DNA of 64,000 nt. It comes from Mobula birostris (taxonomy: Eukaryota). Location: positions 32,508,881 to 32,572,880 of the forward strand of contig NC_092399.1 of assembly GCF_030028105.1 (NCBI RefSeq). Reading direction: 5' to 3'. The notes under the pieces were generated by a model. It ran no database searches. It was given only the letters and a program-made list of their open reading frames with translations, and was not told where the DNA came from. Every line of letters starts with the position of its first letter. The stretch's first letter is position 1. Positions 1 through 12,609 of the stretch are shown here, in pieces. Made by a program: the position numbers and the translations under genes.

Positions 1-619
1 GATCATTCTGTGGGGTAGCCACAAAATCACAAAGCATCCATTCACAAGAACTCATTAACCAAAAAAAAACTTGTATGTCTTCATTTAATTGAAGTCATCA
101 TGTAAATAAATCAACTCCTCCCTGTAAGTTGCTGATCCTAGGCATGCTATGATGCATCCCAAATGCATTAGACTTCCAAAATACTTGAGAAAAGTTCTAC
201 AGTAATTTGCTAAATAAGCAGAGTGAAACTTTTTTTAAAAAATGAAAGCTTAGAAGTAGTGAACAGTATTTGAAGGATTTATTTTGGGGTCAAGATAAGT
301 AGTAATAAGACCACTCTGGGATTATTTTTAACTTCCTATTCCTTCTCATTTATATCCGTAATGATAGTTGGTAGGGGAAGTTACCTGGATTGTTCATAAA
401 CCTGGTAAATTGATTCATTATTGTTAGGGAAAGTGAGAACTGGGTGCCGAATAAAGTGCTACAGAGAAGGTGCAGTGCAGGCAGACAGTAAGCTTCAAGG
501 CCATAATGAGGTAGACTGTGAGGTCAAGAGTCCATTTAATAATACCAAGGCTGCAAGAAATGTAGATACCCCACTGTGTGGAGGATGGTTTCCAATTGTG
601 TGAACTGTATATTGCAGTG

Positions 620-1985
620 TCGAGCACAGCAGTTGCCGTACCAACCTGTGATGCACCCGTATAGGATGCTTTCTATAATGCGTCAGTTAAAAAGTTGTGA
701 CATTGAAAGTGAGCAAAGTGGATAAATGTGAGGTTATCCACTTTGGTGGCAAAAACAGGAAGGCAGTTTACTATCTGAATGGTGTCAAGTTAAGAAAAGG
801 GGAAGTACAACGAGATCTGGGTGTCCTTGTTCATCAGTCACATGAAAGTAAGCATGCAGGTACAGCAGACAGTGAAGAAAGCTAATGGCATGTTGGCCTT
901 CATAACAAGGGAGTTGAGTACAGGAGCAAAGAGGTCCTTCTGTGGTTGTACAAGGCCCTGGCGAGACCCCACCTGGAGTATTGTGTGCAGTTTTGGTCTC
1001 CAAATTTGAGGAAGGACATTCTTTCTATGAAGGGAGTGCAGCGTAGGTTCACTGGGTTAATTCCAGGGATGGCGGAAATATCATCTGTTGAAAGATTGGA
1101 GCAACTGGGCTTGTATACACTGGAATTTAGAAGGATGAGAGGGGATCTGATTGAAACATATAAGATTATTAAGGGATTGGACACGCTAGAGGCAGGAAAC
1201 ATGTTCCCAATGTTGGGGGAGTCCGGAACTAGAGGCCACAGTTTAAGAATAAGGGGTAGACCATTTAGAACGGAGTTGAGGAAAAAATTTTTCACACAGA
1301 GGGTTGTGGATCTGTGGAATGCTCTGCCTCAGAAGGCAGTGGAGGCCAATTCTCTGGATTCTTTCAAGAAAGAGTTAGATAGAGCTCTTAAAGATAGCAG
1401 AGTCAAGGGATATGGGGAGAAGGCAGGAAAAGGGTACTGATTGTGGATGATCAGCCATGATCACAGTGAAATGGCAGCGCTGGCTCGAAGGGCAGAATGG
1501 CCTACTCCTGCACCTATTGTCTATTGACATGCCAAATTTCTTTAGCCTCCCGAGAAAACAGAGGCACTGGTGCACTTTTTTGATTGTGGAAGACCCTTAG
1601 AAACTTGAGGTTTTCAACACTCTCAACCACAGTACTTTTGATGTAAACAGCAGCTTGTACTCCAACCCATTTCCCCACCTCCTGAAGTTAATGGCCAGCT
1701 ATTTTGTTTTGCTGACGTTGACAGAAAGGTTGTTATCGTGATGCCATGCTGCAACTCTTTCTTGTATTCCAACGCATCTACTACATTGTAGATGGAGTTA
1801 CAGCAGAATCTGGCTACAGAGCCTGACTCTACAGGGGCTGGAATAGGGGGCTGAGGGTGCAGCCTTGTGGGGCACCAGTTTTGAGAATAATCATTGTGGA
1901 GCTTTGCTGCCTATCCTTACTGATTACAGTCTGCTGGTCAGGAAATCAATTATCCAATTGCAGAAAGTGGTGTTGAGTGCTGATC
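620..1985 (-). mobile_element. Degraded Rex1/Babar-like LINE fragment, split by the CR1 at 718-1526
   Basis: 620-717 and 1527-1985 resemble the reverse-strand RT 3' region of the Rex1-like copies at 21320-24470 and 28465-30165. Confidence 0.6.
718..1526 (+). mobile_element. CR1 LINE, 5'-truncated, young copy
   Basis: Translates to KCEVIHFGGKN, ARPHLEYCVQFWSP and FFTQRVVDLWNALP (CR1 RT C-terminus); the 3' UTR ends cctactcctgcacctattgtctattg, nearly identical to 13470-14272. Confidence 0.92.
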
Positions 1986-2067
1986 AACTCTATTATTTTA
2001 CCATCTGGCTGTACTAGAACTTGTTTTAGACCATGGTGCTTTCCTGGATGAGGTTTGTTTACTATCA

Positions 2068-2610
2068 TAGCAGAGAAATGAGCCATTCGACCCAACTCGA
2101 CCATGCCAACCTAGGTGCTTCTTCAAGCCGGTCACATTTGGCCCATTTCCCTCTAAACCTGTTCATTTACCTGTTTAAATGCCTTTTAAACGTTATAATA
2201 ATTATCCCTGCCACTACAACTACTTCTTGCAGCTTGTTCTGTATGCCCCGCAACCTTTGTGTAGAAGCTTGCCCCTAGGGTCACCTTTAAATATTTCTCC
2301 CCTTACTTTAAAACTATGCCCTCTAGTTTTTCAACTCCACTATCCTGGGAAAAATTAAGTGGCCATCCACCTTATTTATGCCCCTCATGATTTTGTATAC
2401 ATGTACAAGGTTACCACTTGGACTCCTTCACAACCTCTGAATCCCAACATATTCAGTATCTCCTTTAACTCAAATTCTCCGGTCCAGGCAATATCCTTGT
2501 GAATCTTTAACTGCACCCTCTCTGACTTAGTCACAATCTTGATGTGATTGGCCATTAACCAAAACTGTACACAGTTCTTCAAGTGTGGTCCAACTACTGT
2601 CTTGTGCAAA
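2068..2610 (-). mobile_element. Old CR1 3' fragment
   Basis: ORF 2385-2609 HKTVVGPHLKNCVQFW is a degenerate RPHLEYCVQFW motif; CR1-type 3' UTR follows. Confidence 0.75.
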
Positions 2611-4280
2611 TGTTATGTGACATCTTGCCATGTTACAGTGGTACAAGACATTGGTCAATGAACTCAGTACTGTCATGTCCATAGGTTTGTTGCATGGATG
2701 AGCTCCTTTCTCTGATGGAACCCTCATGCTCTGATGTACCATGTGGAAGGATTCTTGCAAATCATCTTTGTGAAACTTCATGAATAATGGTTATTAAAAG
2801 AGAATATGAATTTGGGTTTCCTGATTCAACTTTCATTTGAGAGTGTGCCCATTCTCCAAAACTTCAGCAACTGGCTCATTTGAAAATTATATTGAGATGT
2901 ATTGTTTTAGGAAATGGGAAACTTGTCATTGCTCTAAGTTTAGGATGAGGTTCATCTTTGTAAGCAGAGCTTTACTTAGCATCTATGAATGTACTTCGGA
3001 ATGCGTGTCAGTACTGTGCAGAAAATCTTTTACTTGTATACAATCTAGAATAAGACTGTTTCACATGACAGTATTGGATCAATGCAAAGAAAGTTTTAAT
3101 ATTTATTCTGTGCTGTTTAAAGTCACTAAAATGAAGATAACTCTACCCCTTTAGCCTGAATTTGCAAGCAGGTTTAATATAATTCTTTACAAACCTGAGA
3201 ATACAAAGTTAAACTTCTTGTATGTATGGGGAAACAACTCATTTTACTTGGATGAAGTGATGTGAAAGTCAGTGTTCTATCTGTACCCCACAGTGGTGTA
3301 TCCTATCTAACAGTGTGTGATGGTGATGGTGCTGGACGAGGAAGTCTTCATATAATTTAGAAATTATAAGAGTAATGATTTGGTCAGATCTATCCTGCGT
3401 AATGTTGCTTGTCAGCCTGGTGTGAGGCAAAAACAAGTATAAGATTACACAGTATTTGCAGCTTAGCATCCAGACTACAATCCCAGAGTTCATGGTCCAT
3501 GTGAGCCACATCCTATCTCTATCTTTTCTATTCCTATCAACACTTCATTTCTTTCTCTCTTCTGTATTTAATTAGATTTCTCCTAATTGCTTCTAAGTTA
3601 ATTGCCTCAATTTTTTAAAGTTATTCTTTCATTTGGGATATGAGAATTTCTGGCAAAGTATTTTCTCCTGTTCATATAGTAAAAAGAAAGGATAAACTAC
3701 TCTCTACAGTTTGTCTGTTGATTGGTACCAGCACCTGAGTAAATGGAGTTATTTGCCTTTTTTGGCATGTGTAATATTATAACTTGACACTATTAGTATT
3801 TCTGAGATTTAGCCTACATTCACAGCAATAATTACTTGAATTTAAGAAAGTAGGAATTCCTGGATATCCAAAGTAAGGAGATCTGCATCTTAAATAAAGA
3901 AATACCTACCCACATATAGATTTCTGTTATTTCAGATTTATTGTAATATCTTTTGTTTTATAATGTGCCGGGGTTTTTTTTCTATTTTAGTAATGTTTCA
4001 AAAAAAATGGCTTCATACCACATTCACAGTTGATTTGTATTTGGACTAAATGTGTAACATGTATTGGCTGTACATATCATATTTCATAAATCCAGATTTT
4101 AAATGAGCTCAATGTTTATATTAAACTTCTACGTAATCAAATTAAAATAGATACATCCATCAAACTCTAGTAATGGAGACTAATGAGTACTATAATGTCT
4201 AGAAATAGCATTCAATTTAATCGCAATATTTTTATACAAGGAAAATACGCTAACTTTTGGTCTGTATCACTTTGTCATAG

Positions 4281-4409
4281 AATGTTCAACCATCATGGAG
4301 AAGAGGTGAAGCAAGTAAAATTCCCAGCCATTGGCAATTATACCAGTGCATTGGCAGAAGGATCCCTAAACCTCTTTGGTGACCGAGTCATTAAGCTTGG
4401 CACCAACAT
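4281..4409 (+). CDS. OSCP1: OSCP1 internal coding exon (upstream exons lie outside the window)
   Basis: tttgtcatag|A ATG TTC ... AAC AT|gtaagt; encodes MFNHHGEEVKQVKFPAIGNYTSALAEGSLNLFGDRVIKLGTNM, matching vertebrate OSCP1 (EGSFELYGDRVLKLGTNM). Confidence 0.93.
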
Positions 4410-5186
4410 GTAAGTATGCTCTGTCTGTTCTCTGAGGATTGTAAATAGATTCAGGGGAAGTCCATTGTATTGGGGAAAGACCCCTGGCTTGTTGTGGTTT
4501 ATATATGTCCAAGAACTGAACTGCAAACCCCTCATGACCTGTCAATTCTGGCTGTAATCCAAACTTAATGAGTTCCTGTAAGGTATTTGTCACTGTTGCA
4601 GCATGAGAATGTGTCTGAGGATGTGATTTGACATCTTAAGAAGAGAGCAGAGTAAATAACCAAAATAGCTTATTCCTAAATAAATGACTTTCAACAATGC
4701 TTGGTGTGGTCTGTAGATCAAAACGTAATGATGTTCATAGAAATGTACTGCACCATGTTTCCATGAAATCTATCAAAGCAAGTAGTTTGGGTTCAGCAGC
4801 AAATCTAGGAAATTGTGAAACAGTTGTCTATTTGAATATTAATTATTAAGGGAAGAACAGAGATGGTAATTGCTGCCAGACCCCTATACCGTCTATTAGC
4901 ATAGCTTAATTGTAAGATCTTCTTTGTGCTATGATCACGCTGATATTTTATACTGTTTGTTACTGAATTCTATTCATTCAAGAAAATAAAACATATGGAA
5001 ATAGCAGTGCCCTACCTGCAATTCATAGTCAGCGGGCCCAGGATATGTTATTTGTCCAATTGTCCTAAGGAGTTGATTGGTTGCTACCTGCTTCCCAAGA
5101 TATTTGAGCTAAAAAGAACTTGTTATTGTTGATGTTCCATTAAGTGTCTATTTATTAATATTTGTATCTTGTCTATATTGCCACAG

Positions 5187-5256
5187 GTACAGTGTTTCTC
5201 GGCCTGTGGAAACCCACATGATGGGGACAATGAAGAGCTCAGCTGTCCGTACGAAG
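5187..5256 (+). CDS. OSCP1: OSCP1 coding exon
   Basis: ccacag|G TAC ... ACG AAG|gtcagt; encodes YSVSRPVETHMMGTMKSSAVRTK; phase-compatible with both neighbours. Confidence 0.92.
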
Positions 5257-5536
5257 GTCAGTGGTGTCCCTCAAGCCTGGCTGCCTTGATTCTATTGGTT
5301 GTTTCCAATTTTTATTTATTTCCCTTTTGTTTTTTTATATATTTTATAGTGAGCAAAATGTTCTCTTTTTCTGATGCTGACTGATCTTCTATTCACTTCC
5401 AGATTTGCAGTTTATACTTTTTCATCTCAGCATTATTTTAATATGTTCCTACAGATTGTCTGTAGCCAATGCTGTATAAGGGTACCCTGGAAGAACCAAT
5501 CGTTTTGTGTATTCTCTGTTTCTCTCTTTACTGATA

Positions 5537-6115
5537 TAGAACACAGAACATGAAACAGTACAGATCAGGAACAATGTCTCAGCCCACAATGTTGTGCTGA
5601 AGCTACTAAGAAACTAGTCAAAGTAGTAATTAAAAGCTATTCCCTTTTGCCTTCATAAATCCATATCCCTTCATTTTCTGCAAATGCATGTGCTTATCTA
5701 AGAGCCCCTTAATTTTCCCCTAATGCTTTGGGCTCCACCATCTCCCCAAGCAGTACATGCCAGGCACCCACCACTCTGTTTTTTAAAAAAACTCCTTTGA
5801 GTTTACCCCCCCCAATCTTAAACGTATGCCCTCTGATATTGGGCATTTCAACCCAAAATATATTGGCTGTCTACTCTTATCTATACCCCTCATAATATTT
5901 TATAAATTTCTATTAGGTTGCCCCTTAGCATCTGCCACTTCAGAGAAAGCAATCCAAATTTGTCCAACTTCTCATCATAGCACATGTCCTTTAATCCAGG
6001 CGGCATCCAAGTAAACCTCTTCTGTACCCTCTCCAAAGCCTCTGTATCCTTAATATAATCAAGCAGCTAGAATTGAATGCAGCCTTACCAAAGTTTTATA
6101 AAGCTGCAACATAAT
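5537..6115 (-). mobile_element. Old CR1 3' fragment in OSCP1 intron
   Basis: Reverse CR1 tail (atagaacacagaacatgaaacagtacag) followed by degenerate RT C-terminal sequence. Confidence 0.7.
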
Positions 6116-6379
6116 TCATTACCTTGATAAATAATGAATGAAGGGTCTTGGCCCAAAATGTCAACTTGTTTGTTACTCTCCATAGATGCTGCCTGACTCT
6201 AGCTCTTTTGTGTGTTGCTTAATTCCCCGCAACCGCAGATCTCTTGGGTCTTTGAGTTATGTCCTATACACAACCTCCACTATTCCACCAACATGTGCAG
6301 CCACTTGGACACAGAATCCCTCTGTATGTCAACATTATTAAGGGTTCTGCCATCAATTGTATCGTCCCTTTACATCTGT

Positions 6380-6988
6380 AGTGGTGAAAAAGGCGTCTAA
6401 CATGCTAGCCTTCATCAGTCAAGGCATTGAGTATAGGACTTGGCTCATTATTTTGCGGTTGTATAAGCTGTCAGTGATGCCATACTTGGGGTACTATTGG
6501 GATGTGGTTAAACTGAAAAGCGTGCTGAGAAGATTTACAGGGACTTTGCCAGGACTAGAAGGCCTGAGTTATAGGGAGAGGTTGGCCAGGTTAGGTCTTT
6601 ATTCCCTGGAATGTAAGAGAATGAGGGATGACCTTAGACAAGTGTTTAAAATTATGAGAGGCAGAGATCAGGTGGATAGTAGCAGTTTTTCCCCCAGGAT
6701 AAGGGAGACCAAAAGTAGGGGACATAGGTTTGGGGTGAAAAGGGAAAGATTTTAAAGTCTCCTGGGTGGGAACTTTCTCATACAGAGTATATGGAATGAG
6801 CTGCAATGAAAGTTGATGAGGCAGATACAATCATATCATTTAAGAAGCTCTTGGATAGGTACATGAAGGGATGGGCTCGGAGGGATATGGGCTGAACACA
6901 GGAAATTGGGACTAACATATTGGACACTGTGGATGGATTGGGTAAGCTGTAGGGCCTGTGCCTCTGTTGTATTGCTGTGCCTCTATAA
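6380..6988 (+). mobile_element. Old CR1 3' fragment in OSCP1 intron
   Basis: ORF 6357-6755 KKASNMLAFISQGIEYR...LSYRERLARLGLYSLE; CR1-type 3' UTR. Confidence 0.85.
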
Positions 6989-7309
6989 CTGGAGAAAGAA
7001 GGATAGATTACCACAAAAGTAACAAACAGATGGTTTAAAAATGCAAGAACAGGATGAGGAAAAGAAATTTGCAAAAAGATAAGTCAATAAAAATATATAG
7101 TAGTGTATAAGAGGATGGTCAGAGCAGCGTGGGCTTTTGAAAGCTGGTAACTGCATTACAGTGAGGGAGCTGGTGGTGGAGAACTGTACTTGTAGTAGTT
7201 ACTGCTAGTGATATGGTCATTGCTACAGTTTGGGAACTAAATACAGATTGGATGACTCCCTTGCAGAATACCTTTGTTCAGTCTATGAAAATAACCCTTA
7301 TTTTACTAT

Positions 7310-7460
7310 TGCCTGTCACTAATTCTCTATCACACTCTCACTCTGACTTCTGTCTTTGTCTCCAATGAAGTGTGTCTTAGGTTCAGAAAAAGTACATCTT
7401 TCAACTTGCCACATTACAGTCCTTAGCATTCAACATTGAATTTGATGAGTTGAACTAATG
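7310..7460 (+). mobile_element. Highly degraded Penelope-like GIY-YIG 3' fragment
   Basis: Weak similarity to the HSHSD...LIFRLGSLQPDGMNIDF-coding sequence at 24563-24726. Confidence 0.4.
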
Positions 7461-7932
7461 GACCATTCAGTTTGGTATTTCACGTTTACAGCATTCACCT
7501 TTATTAAACTGTGTCTCTACCTCTTATTTACTATTTCATTCACCTCTTTCTTTTTATACTGTACCTCTTCCTGACTCTTATTCCCCAGGCTTTATTGCTC
7601 AGCACCCCCAGCATAATCACCCACATGTGCTACTCCGTCTCTCTCTATTTCCGGCCCAACAGAGGTCTTAATTTTTGTGTACTCCATCCTATGTGCCTAC
7701 TATATCACCCAATTTTCCACTTTCTCAGCAACTTAACCTTGTTTCATTTCTAATTCTCATGGAAAAAACACTGATCTGAAACATTAACACCTTTTCTGTC
7801 CACTGAGTATTTACAGTATGTTGTATTTTGTTTCCATCCCTGGATTAGCTCTGGACAGTGCTGACCTGTACCTAACATTTTACTGTTTTTTGCGCTGTAT
7901 TTTTGACACTTGCTGCTGGATCTTCATTCTAG

Positions 7933-8072
7933 GAGGATGCTGCACCTAATCCACTGGCAAAGGAGGAGCTAAATCTTCTCGCACGGCTAATGGGAGGTCT
8001 TGATGTTAAGAAACCTTTGGGCAGTGAGTCAGGATTTCGCCTAAATCTGTTTGGCACAGACGAGGAGGAAGA
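7933..8072 (+). CDS. OSCP1: OSCP1 coding exon
   Basis: ttctag|GAG GAT ... GAA GA|gtaagt; encodes EDAAPNPLAKEELNLLARLMGGLDVKKPLGSESGFRLNLFGTDEEE, a highly conserved OSCP1 block. Confidence 0.96.
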
Positions 8073-8651
8073 GTAAGTTAACAATGCCAACTTTGAGGTT
8101 GCTTCTTTCAAAGGAGTGAGATTCATAATCACATATCCACTCTTGACAACATACATCCGTCCATCCACCACACACACCCATGTATTACATACCCATCATC
8201 AACAGCATGAGAAGAGACTGGCAAGTAGAACAGCATAATTTCTTTAGTAGTGTAGTTGGTTTTCAGCATGATGATAAAGTAGCAGGAGTAGAGGGGAGTT
8301 GAATAGTTTCCATCTGAAAAAAAATATTGTGGGGTTTTGAATTCTCTGTCTGAGAGAGTGATAGAAGCTTGCTTTAAGGTACCTGGAGGAGTAAGGGAGT
8401 TGTCGTAATTTACAAACCTGTCTGCTGAAAACTGGAAGGCGGCTTTCATCTATGTACCTCGTTCGTTTGTTTGGTATGGACATGGTGGACCATGCCATAA
8501 ACTCCCATGACTCTCTGATAGTACCTTGCATTTCCTAGTGGCTACCTGAAGGAGCAACACTGCAGAAGCACTGCATGTGTTTAATATCTTAAGGTTTACT
8601 TCTTCCAAAGAAGCCTCAGCAAGTTCAGTTTTGACCTGTTTTGTGTTACAG

Positions 8652-8712
8652 CCATACAGCAACCATAAGGCCTCCAGAACTTTCTGAAGTTGTCAACATA
8701 CAGGCTATCAAG
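8652..8712 (+). CDS. OSCP1: OSCP1 coding exon
   Basis: gttacag|C CAT ... ATC AAG|gtgagc; encodes (D)HTATIRPPELSEVVNIQAIK, compare human RPEELSYEVINIQATQ; phases fit. Confidence 0.9.
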
Positions 8713-9505
8713 GTGAGCAGGATGTTATTTGCAGCATTGTTCCTGTTTTGTGCTTGGATCTGAGGTTATCCTCCTGGCTTTTCTCGCCCAATATGCTAAT
8801 TGATGTATATACCCAAGGGCACCAGTGCACATTATTAGCTCATTTAAACAGCACATGGTCCTATTTGTCATTTGGGGGGAGGGACAAGGGGCTGTCATAC
8901 TGAGGAGGAATTCCTTCTTTCAGGTGGTTGTGATTCTTTGGAATTCTCTCCTTCCAGAATATGGGTGTTGAGACACCAAGGCCAAAGCTGATTAAACTCA
9001 GAGACACCATGGATTTTGGATAGAGAAGTAGAGCTGAACCTAATGATCAGAGCGACTGTGATTTTATCAGCAGGCTTGAGGAGATTCCTCCTACTGCTGT
9101 TTCTAATATTCTTATACAGTCCTGTACTATCTTGTCCTGTTCGCTGACAGGAGTTACTAAACAGTAATTATGAGTATGGAACTTCTGCCAGATTGTGCTC
9201 TGTCCTGACAGTGGTGGTGTTTTGCTGTTTCCCTATTGATGATTCAGAGAGAGAAGTCTGCTTAACAACAAGCCCGGTCTCTCTAACAATACTACACAGT
9301 TTGCAATGCATTTACCCTCTCAGTCTTTCACAGATCTAGGTTTATTTCCTTTTACAAAGGAAAAAAAAAATCTAGATCTGAATGGCTGAGTGGGTAAACG
9401 TTGGTCAGGCTGCGCGTTTCCCCCACTGACTGGGCTGACCTGTGAATGGCTGATCAGGTTGTGTGTTCTCTCGCTGACTAGGCTGTGTGCTCCTCTTCTT
9501 TCCAG

Positions 9506-9625
9506 GACCAGCAACAGCATGAAGAGTTAGTTCGAATTATGGGCGAGTTCTGTGAGCAGGAGCAGCAGCCCAGACAGAGCTGCAGCAAAGGAGATGACCT
9601 TCTGGCTATGATGGACAACTTGTGA
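9506..9625 (+). CDS. OSCP1: OSCP1 last coding exon
   Basis: cttctttccag|GAC ... TTG TGA; encodes DQQQHEELVRIMGEFCEQEQQPRQSCSKGDDLLAMMDNL*, matching the OSCP1 C-terminus SKGDDLLAMMDEL*. Confidence 0.96.
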   Translation, partial: DQQQHEELVRIMGEFCEQEQQPRQSCSKGDDLLAMMDNL

Positions 9626-10566
9626 CCTCCTAGTGAGCATCTATAACATTGCAGGCTCTTCCCTGTGACTTTTCATCAGCACAACATCCAGCTCTGGCTC
9701 ATTGGCTTTTAAAACACAGAATATTATTTTTATTAATGGCTCACTTGATTTCTGTATCAAGAGATGAACTTCTGTTCTGTACAGCTTTGTGCACCTTTGG
9801 ACAGTTTCATCTACTTACATTCACCGTGTATATAGTAAATATTAATGAGCCTGACTGTAAGCGTACTCGCCAATGTCTTTGACCCTCGAAACCTGGACTG
9901 ACGATGGTAAAGCAATGGGGAAAGGTTCACAAAATGAAGTGGCAAGATGGAGATAAATGATTTGACTTAATTTTGAATTCCTGGAGAGACATTTGTATTT
10001 ATTCTAGAGTCCACAGCTGTGCATTTCAAGTTGCACTCACTCATGACTAGTCCTGTGGTGGATTAAGCATCCATTTGGGGGGAATGACTGGAACAGCATA
10101 AAAACTGAGATGGATGGTTGGCCAGTATGTCACGCCATTGAAACCGGTCAGTGTTGGTTATAATGTGATCAGCTTGGCATCAGGGTGTGTGTGGTACTAG
10201 CATCACAGTATTTCCTGCAATAGAACCATAGTACACTGAAATTGTTTCTGACTATGGGGTGTGTGGCAGAGAGATCACTGGGTCATACTGTGAAAATGTA
10301 CAAGTGATTATATGAAAATACTAGCATTTTTCTTGAACAGCTCTGATTTGTAAAACTTTGATTCTATTCAAAATGTTCAAAGGCAGAGATTTCTGACCTC
10401 TGCATCTTTAATTTCTGAAGCCCAGTTATTAATATTAAATGTTTTTAAGATTGCTTTAAACAATGACAACTTTATTAAATAATTACGTTCAAACTGAGTG
10501 AAAGCTTTATTTATGTAACGCTGGTCTTGAGCATTTTTTTGTCTATTAGAACACAGAATGCCAAGA

Positions 10567-10572
10567 AATAAA
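10567..10572 (+). terminator. OSCP1: Candidate OSCP1 polyadenylation signal (AATAAA; ATTAAA alternatives near 10434 and 10474)
   Basis: First AATAAA I found after the stop; U/GU-rich sequence follows at about 10605-10640. Confidence 0.4.
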
Positions 10573-12226
10573 GGAAGGCTGGGAGGAAAGTGTGAAGGGC
10601 AACGTCTGTGATGGTTTGCTTTTCAATTTTGTTTTTGTCCTTTCAAACCTATACGCTGCTAGAAATCTTGAAATGAATATACAAGATGCAGGAAATACTC
10701 AGCTAGTCAAGCAGCAAATGTTTCTCTCCACAGGTGCTGCCTGAATTGCTGAGTGTGAACTGCATTTTCTGCTTTCAGAACAGAAGATATGGTAGTTAAA
10801 AAAGAAAGAATGTGGTAGGATTTCAAATGAAAAGAAAGAGTCTGCTCCAAGAGTTGTAAAAGTGGAATAATTAATCAAAGTTACCGGAGCAATGGTGGAA
10901 ACCTCAATTAAAATTAAACATTATCTAGAGTTGTTGAACTTGCTGTTGATTTAGGGCTATTGCTGCTTCATGGAAATGAGACAAAGATTAAGATGAGATG
11001 GAGAATTAAAGAGTCTCCACTCACCACTTCCTCAGAATCTCTAAACTTATCCAGTCTTCAATCTTAAATATTTACCTAATTTTGATTGTTAGAGAAAGGG
11101 TCTTCAATGTGAAAATGTTTCCATCTTCACAGACTCTGGTCAACCTCAGATTCTGTTCTGAGGTATATTGATTTTCGAAATGGTTTTAACTAGTTATTTT
11201 AGAATCTGGCCGCCGTTGGCCAGACCAGCTCCTGTTGTTCATTATCTTCCCTTTGAAGAGGTAGTAGTCTTCCAGCTTCTGAACCACTACAGTCCTTTGG
11301 GTGAAGGTGGTCATACAGTGATGTTGGGTCAGGAGTTCCTAGTTATGGACTTTTGGATGATGATGAAGGATCTCCAATATAGTTCCATATCAAGATGTGT
11401 GACTTGGGGTGCAATCTGCAGGAAGTGGTATAGTGATATCTCTATGTACGGTATCCGAGGGCCTTGACCTTGGTGAGATCATTGATTTGAGAGATACTAG
11501 CAAAGCAAGTTTGTTACTTTGTCCTGAACTTTGAGTGTTGGAGCTTTACTCATCAATGCAAGTGAAGAGAAGTTAATAGAGAAAATAATGGGGGACAGGA
11601 TTAGTGATCATTTGGAATGACAGGGTCCAATCAGATGGTCAACAGGACTGCCTCAGTGGCAAATCCTGTCTGACTAACCTGACTGTGTTTTCTTAAAAGA
11701 TAACCAAGTGTATCAGAAAATGTCACAGAGCTTCTTATCGACATGCCTGAACACAATGTTAAGACGGAGATTTACAGGCTGAATTGAGGCGGTGAAGTCC
11801 GGCATATCCAAGCGGTAGTACCCGTTGTTCGGATGGGAATTTAAACACCAGGCCAGATTGAAGAGGTCAGGGTGTCAAGGGTGTCAATTCAGATCACTGC
11901 TCAAAACAGCATAACCGGTTGATCGAATGGAGAGTTAAGCACTGGGCCAGATTGAAAAGGTCAGGGTGTTGAGGCCCACAGCGACGTATGGGCTGGTTCA
12001 GATCATTGTTCAGTGACATTTACTCAGCTCTGCACTGAACAATGGGATTCTTATTGCGGACTTCAAAAACACTATTTGCTTGTGGTTACTGTTTGCATGA
12101 TGTTTTTTTTATTGCCTATTGGGTGTTCAGTCTACTGTTTTATAGGTGATTTTAATCTTTTTTATGGGCATGATGTGGTTTTATTCTCTGCACATGGGTG
12201 TTAGACAGTCTTTTTAAAGAAATATA

Positions 12227-12608
12227 CAAGGGGTGATTTATAAGTTTGTGGCCTAAGGTAGAAGGAGTCAATTTTAGAAAACCTAGCACATTTATTTTTC
12301 AACGTAGTCCCCTCCTACATTTATACACTTAGTCCAGTGGTCGTGGAGCATACGGATCCCTTCTTTGTAGAAGTCGGCATCTTGGACCTCTAGAGGTGGT
12401 CCATAGCAGGGGTGATTGATAAGTTTGTGGCCTAAGGTAACCATATAACCATGTAACAATTACAGCACGGAAACAGGCCATCCCGGTAGAAAGAGATGAG
12501 TTATTGACTTCAAACATTCTGCATAATCACTCAGAGTTGAACTGCACATGAATGTAACAGGAGCTGTATAACTTATCTCCTTCTCCCTTAGGCCACAAAC
12601 TTATCAAT
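12227..12608 (-). mobile_element. Non-autonomous mariner derivative
   Basis: TA followed by TIR caaggggtgatttataagtttgtggcctaagg; inverted copy at about 12580-12608; the reverse strand encodes the mariner transposase C-terminus DADFYKEGIRMLHDHWTKCINVGGDYVEK*. Confidence 0.85.
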
Positions 12609-12609
12609 A

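Noticed and set aside
8713-9505. Intronic H/ACA snoRNA in the last OSCP1 intron
   Set aside because: An ACA is present near 8828, but I saw no convincing two-hairpin fold or H box.
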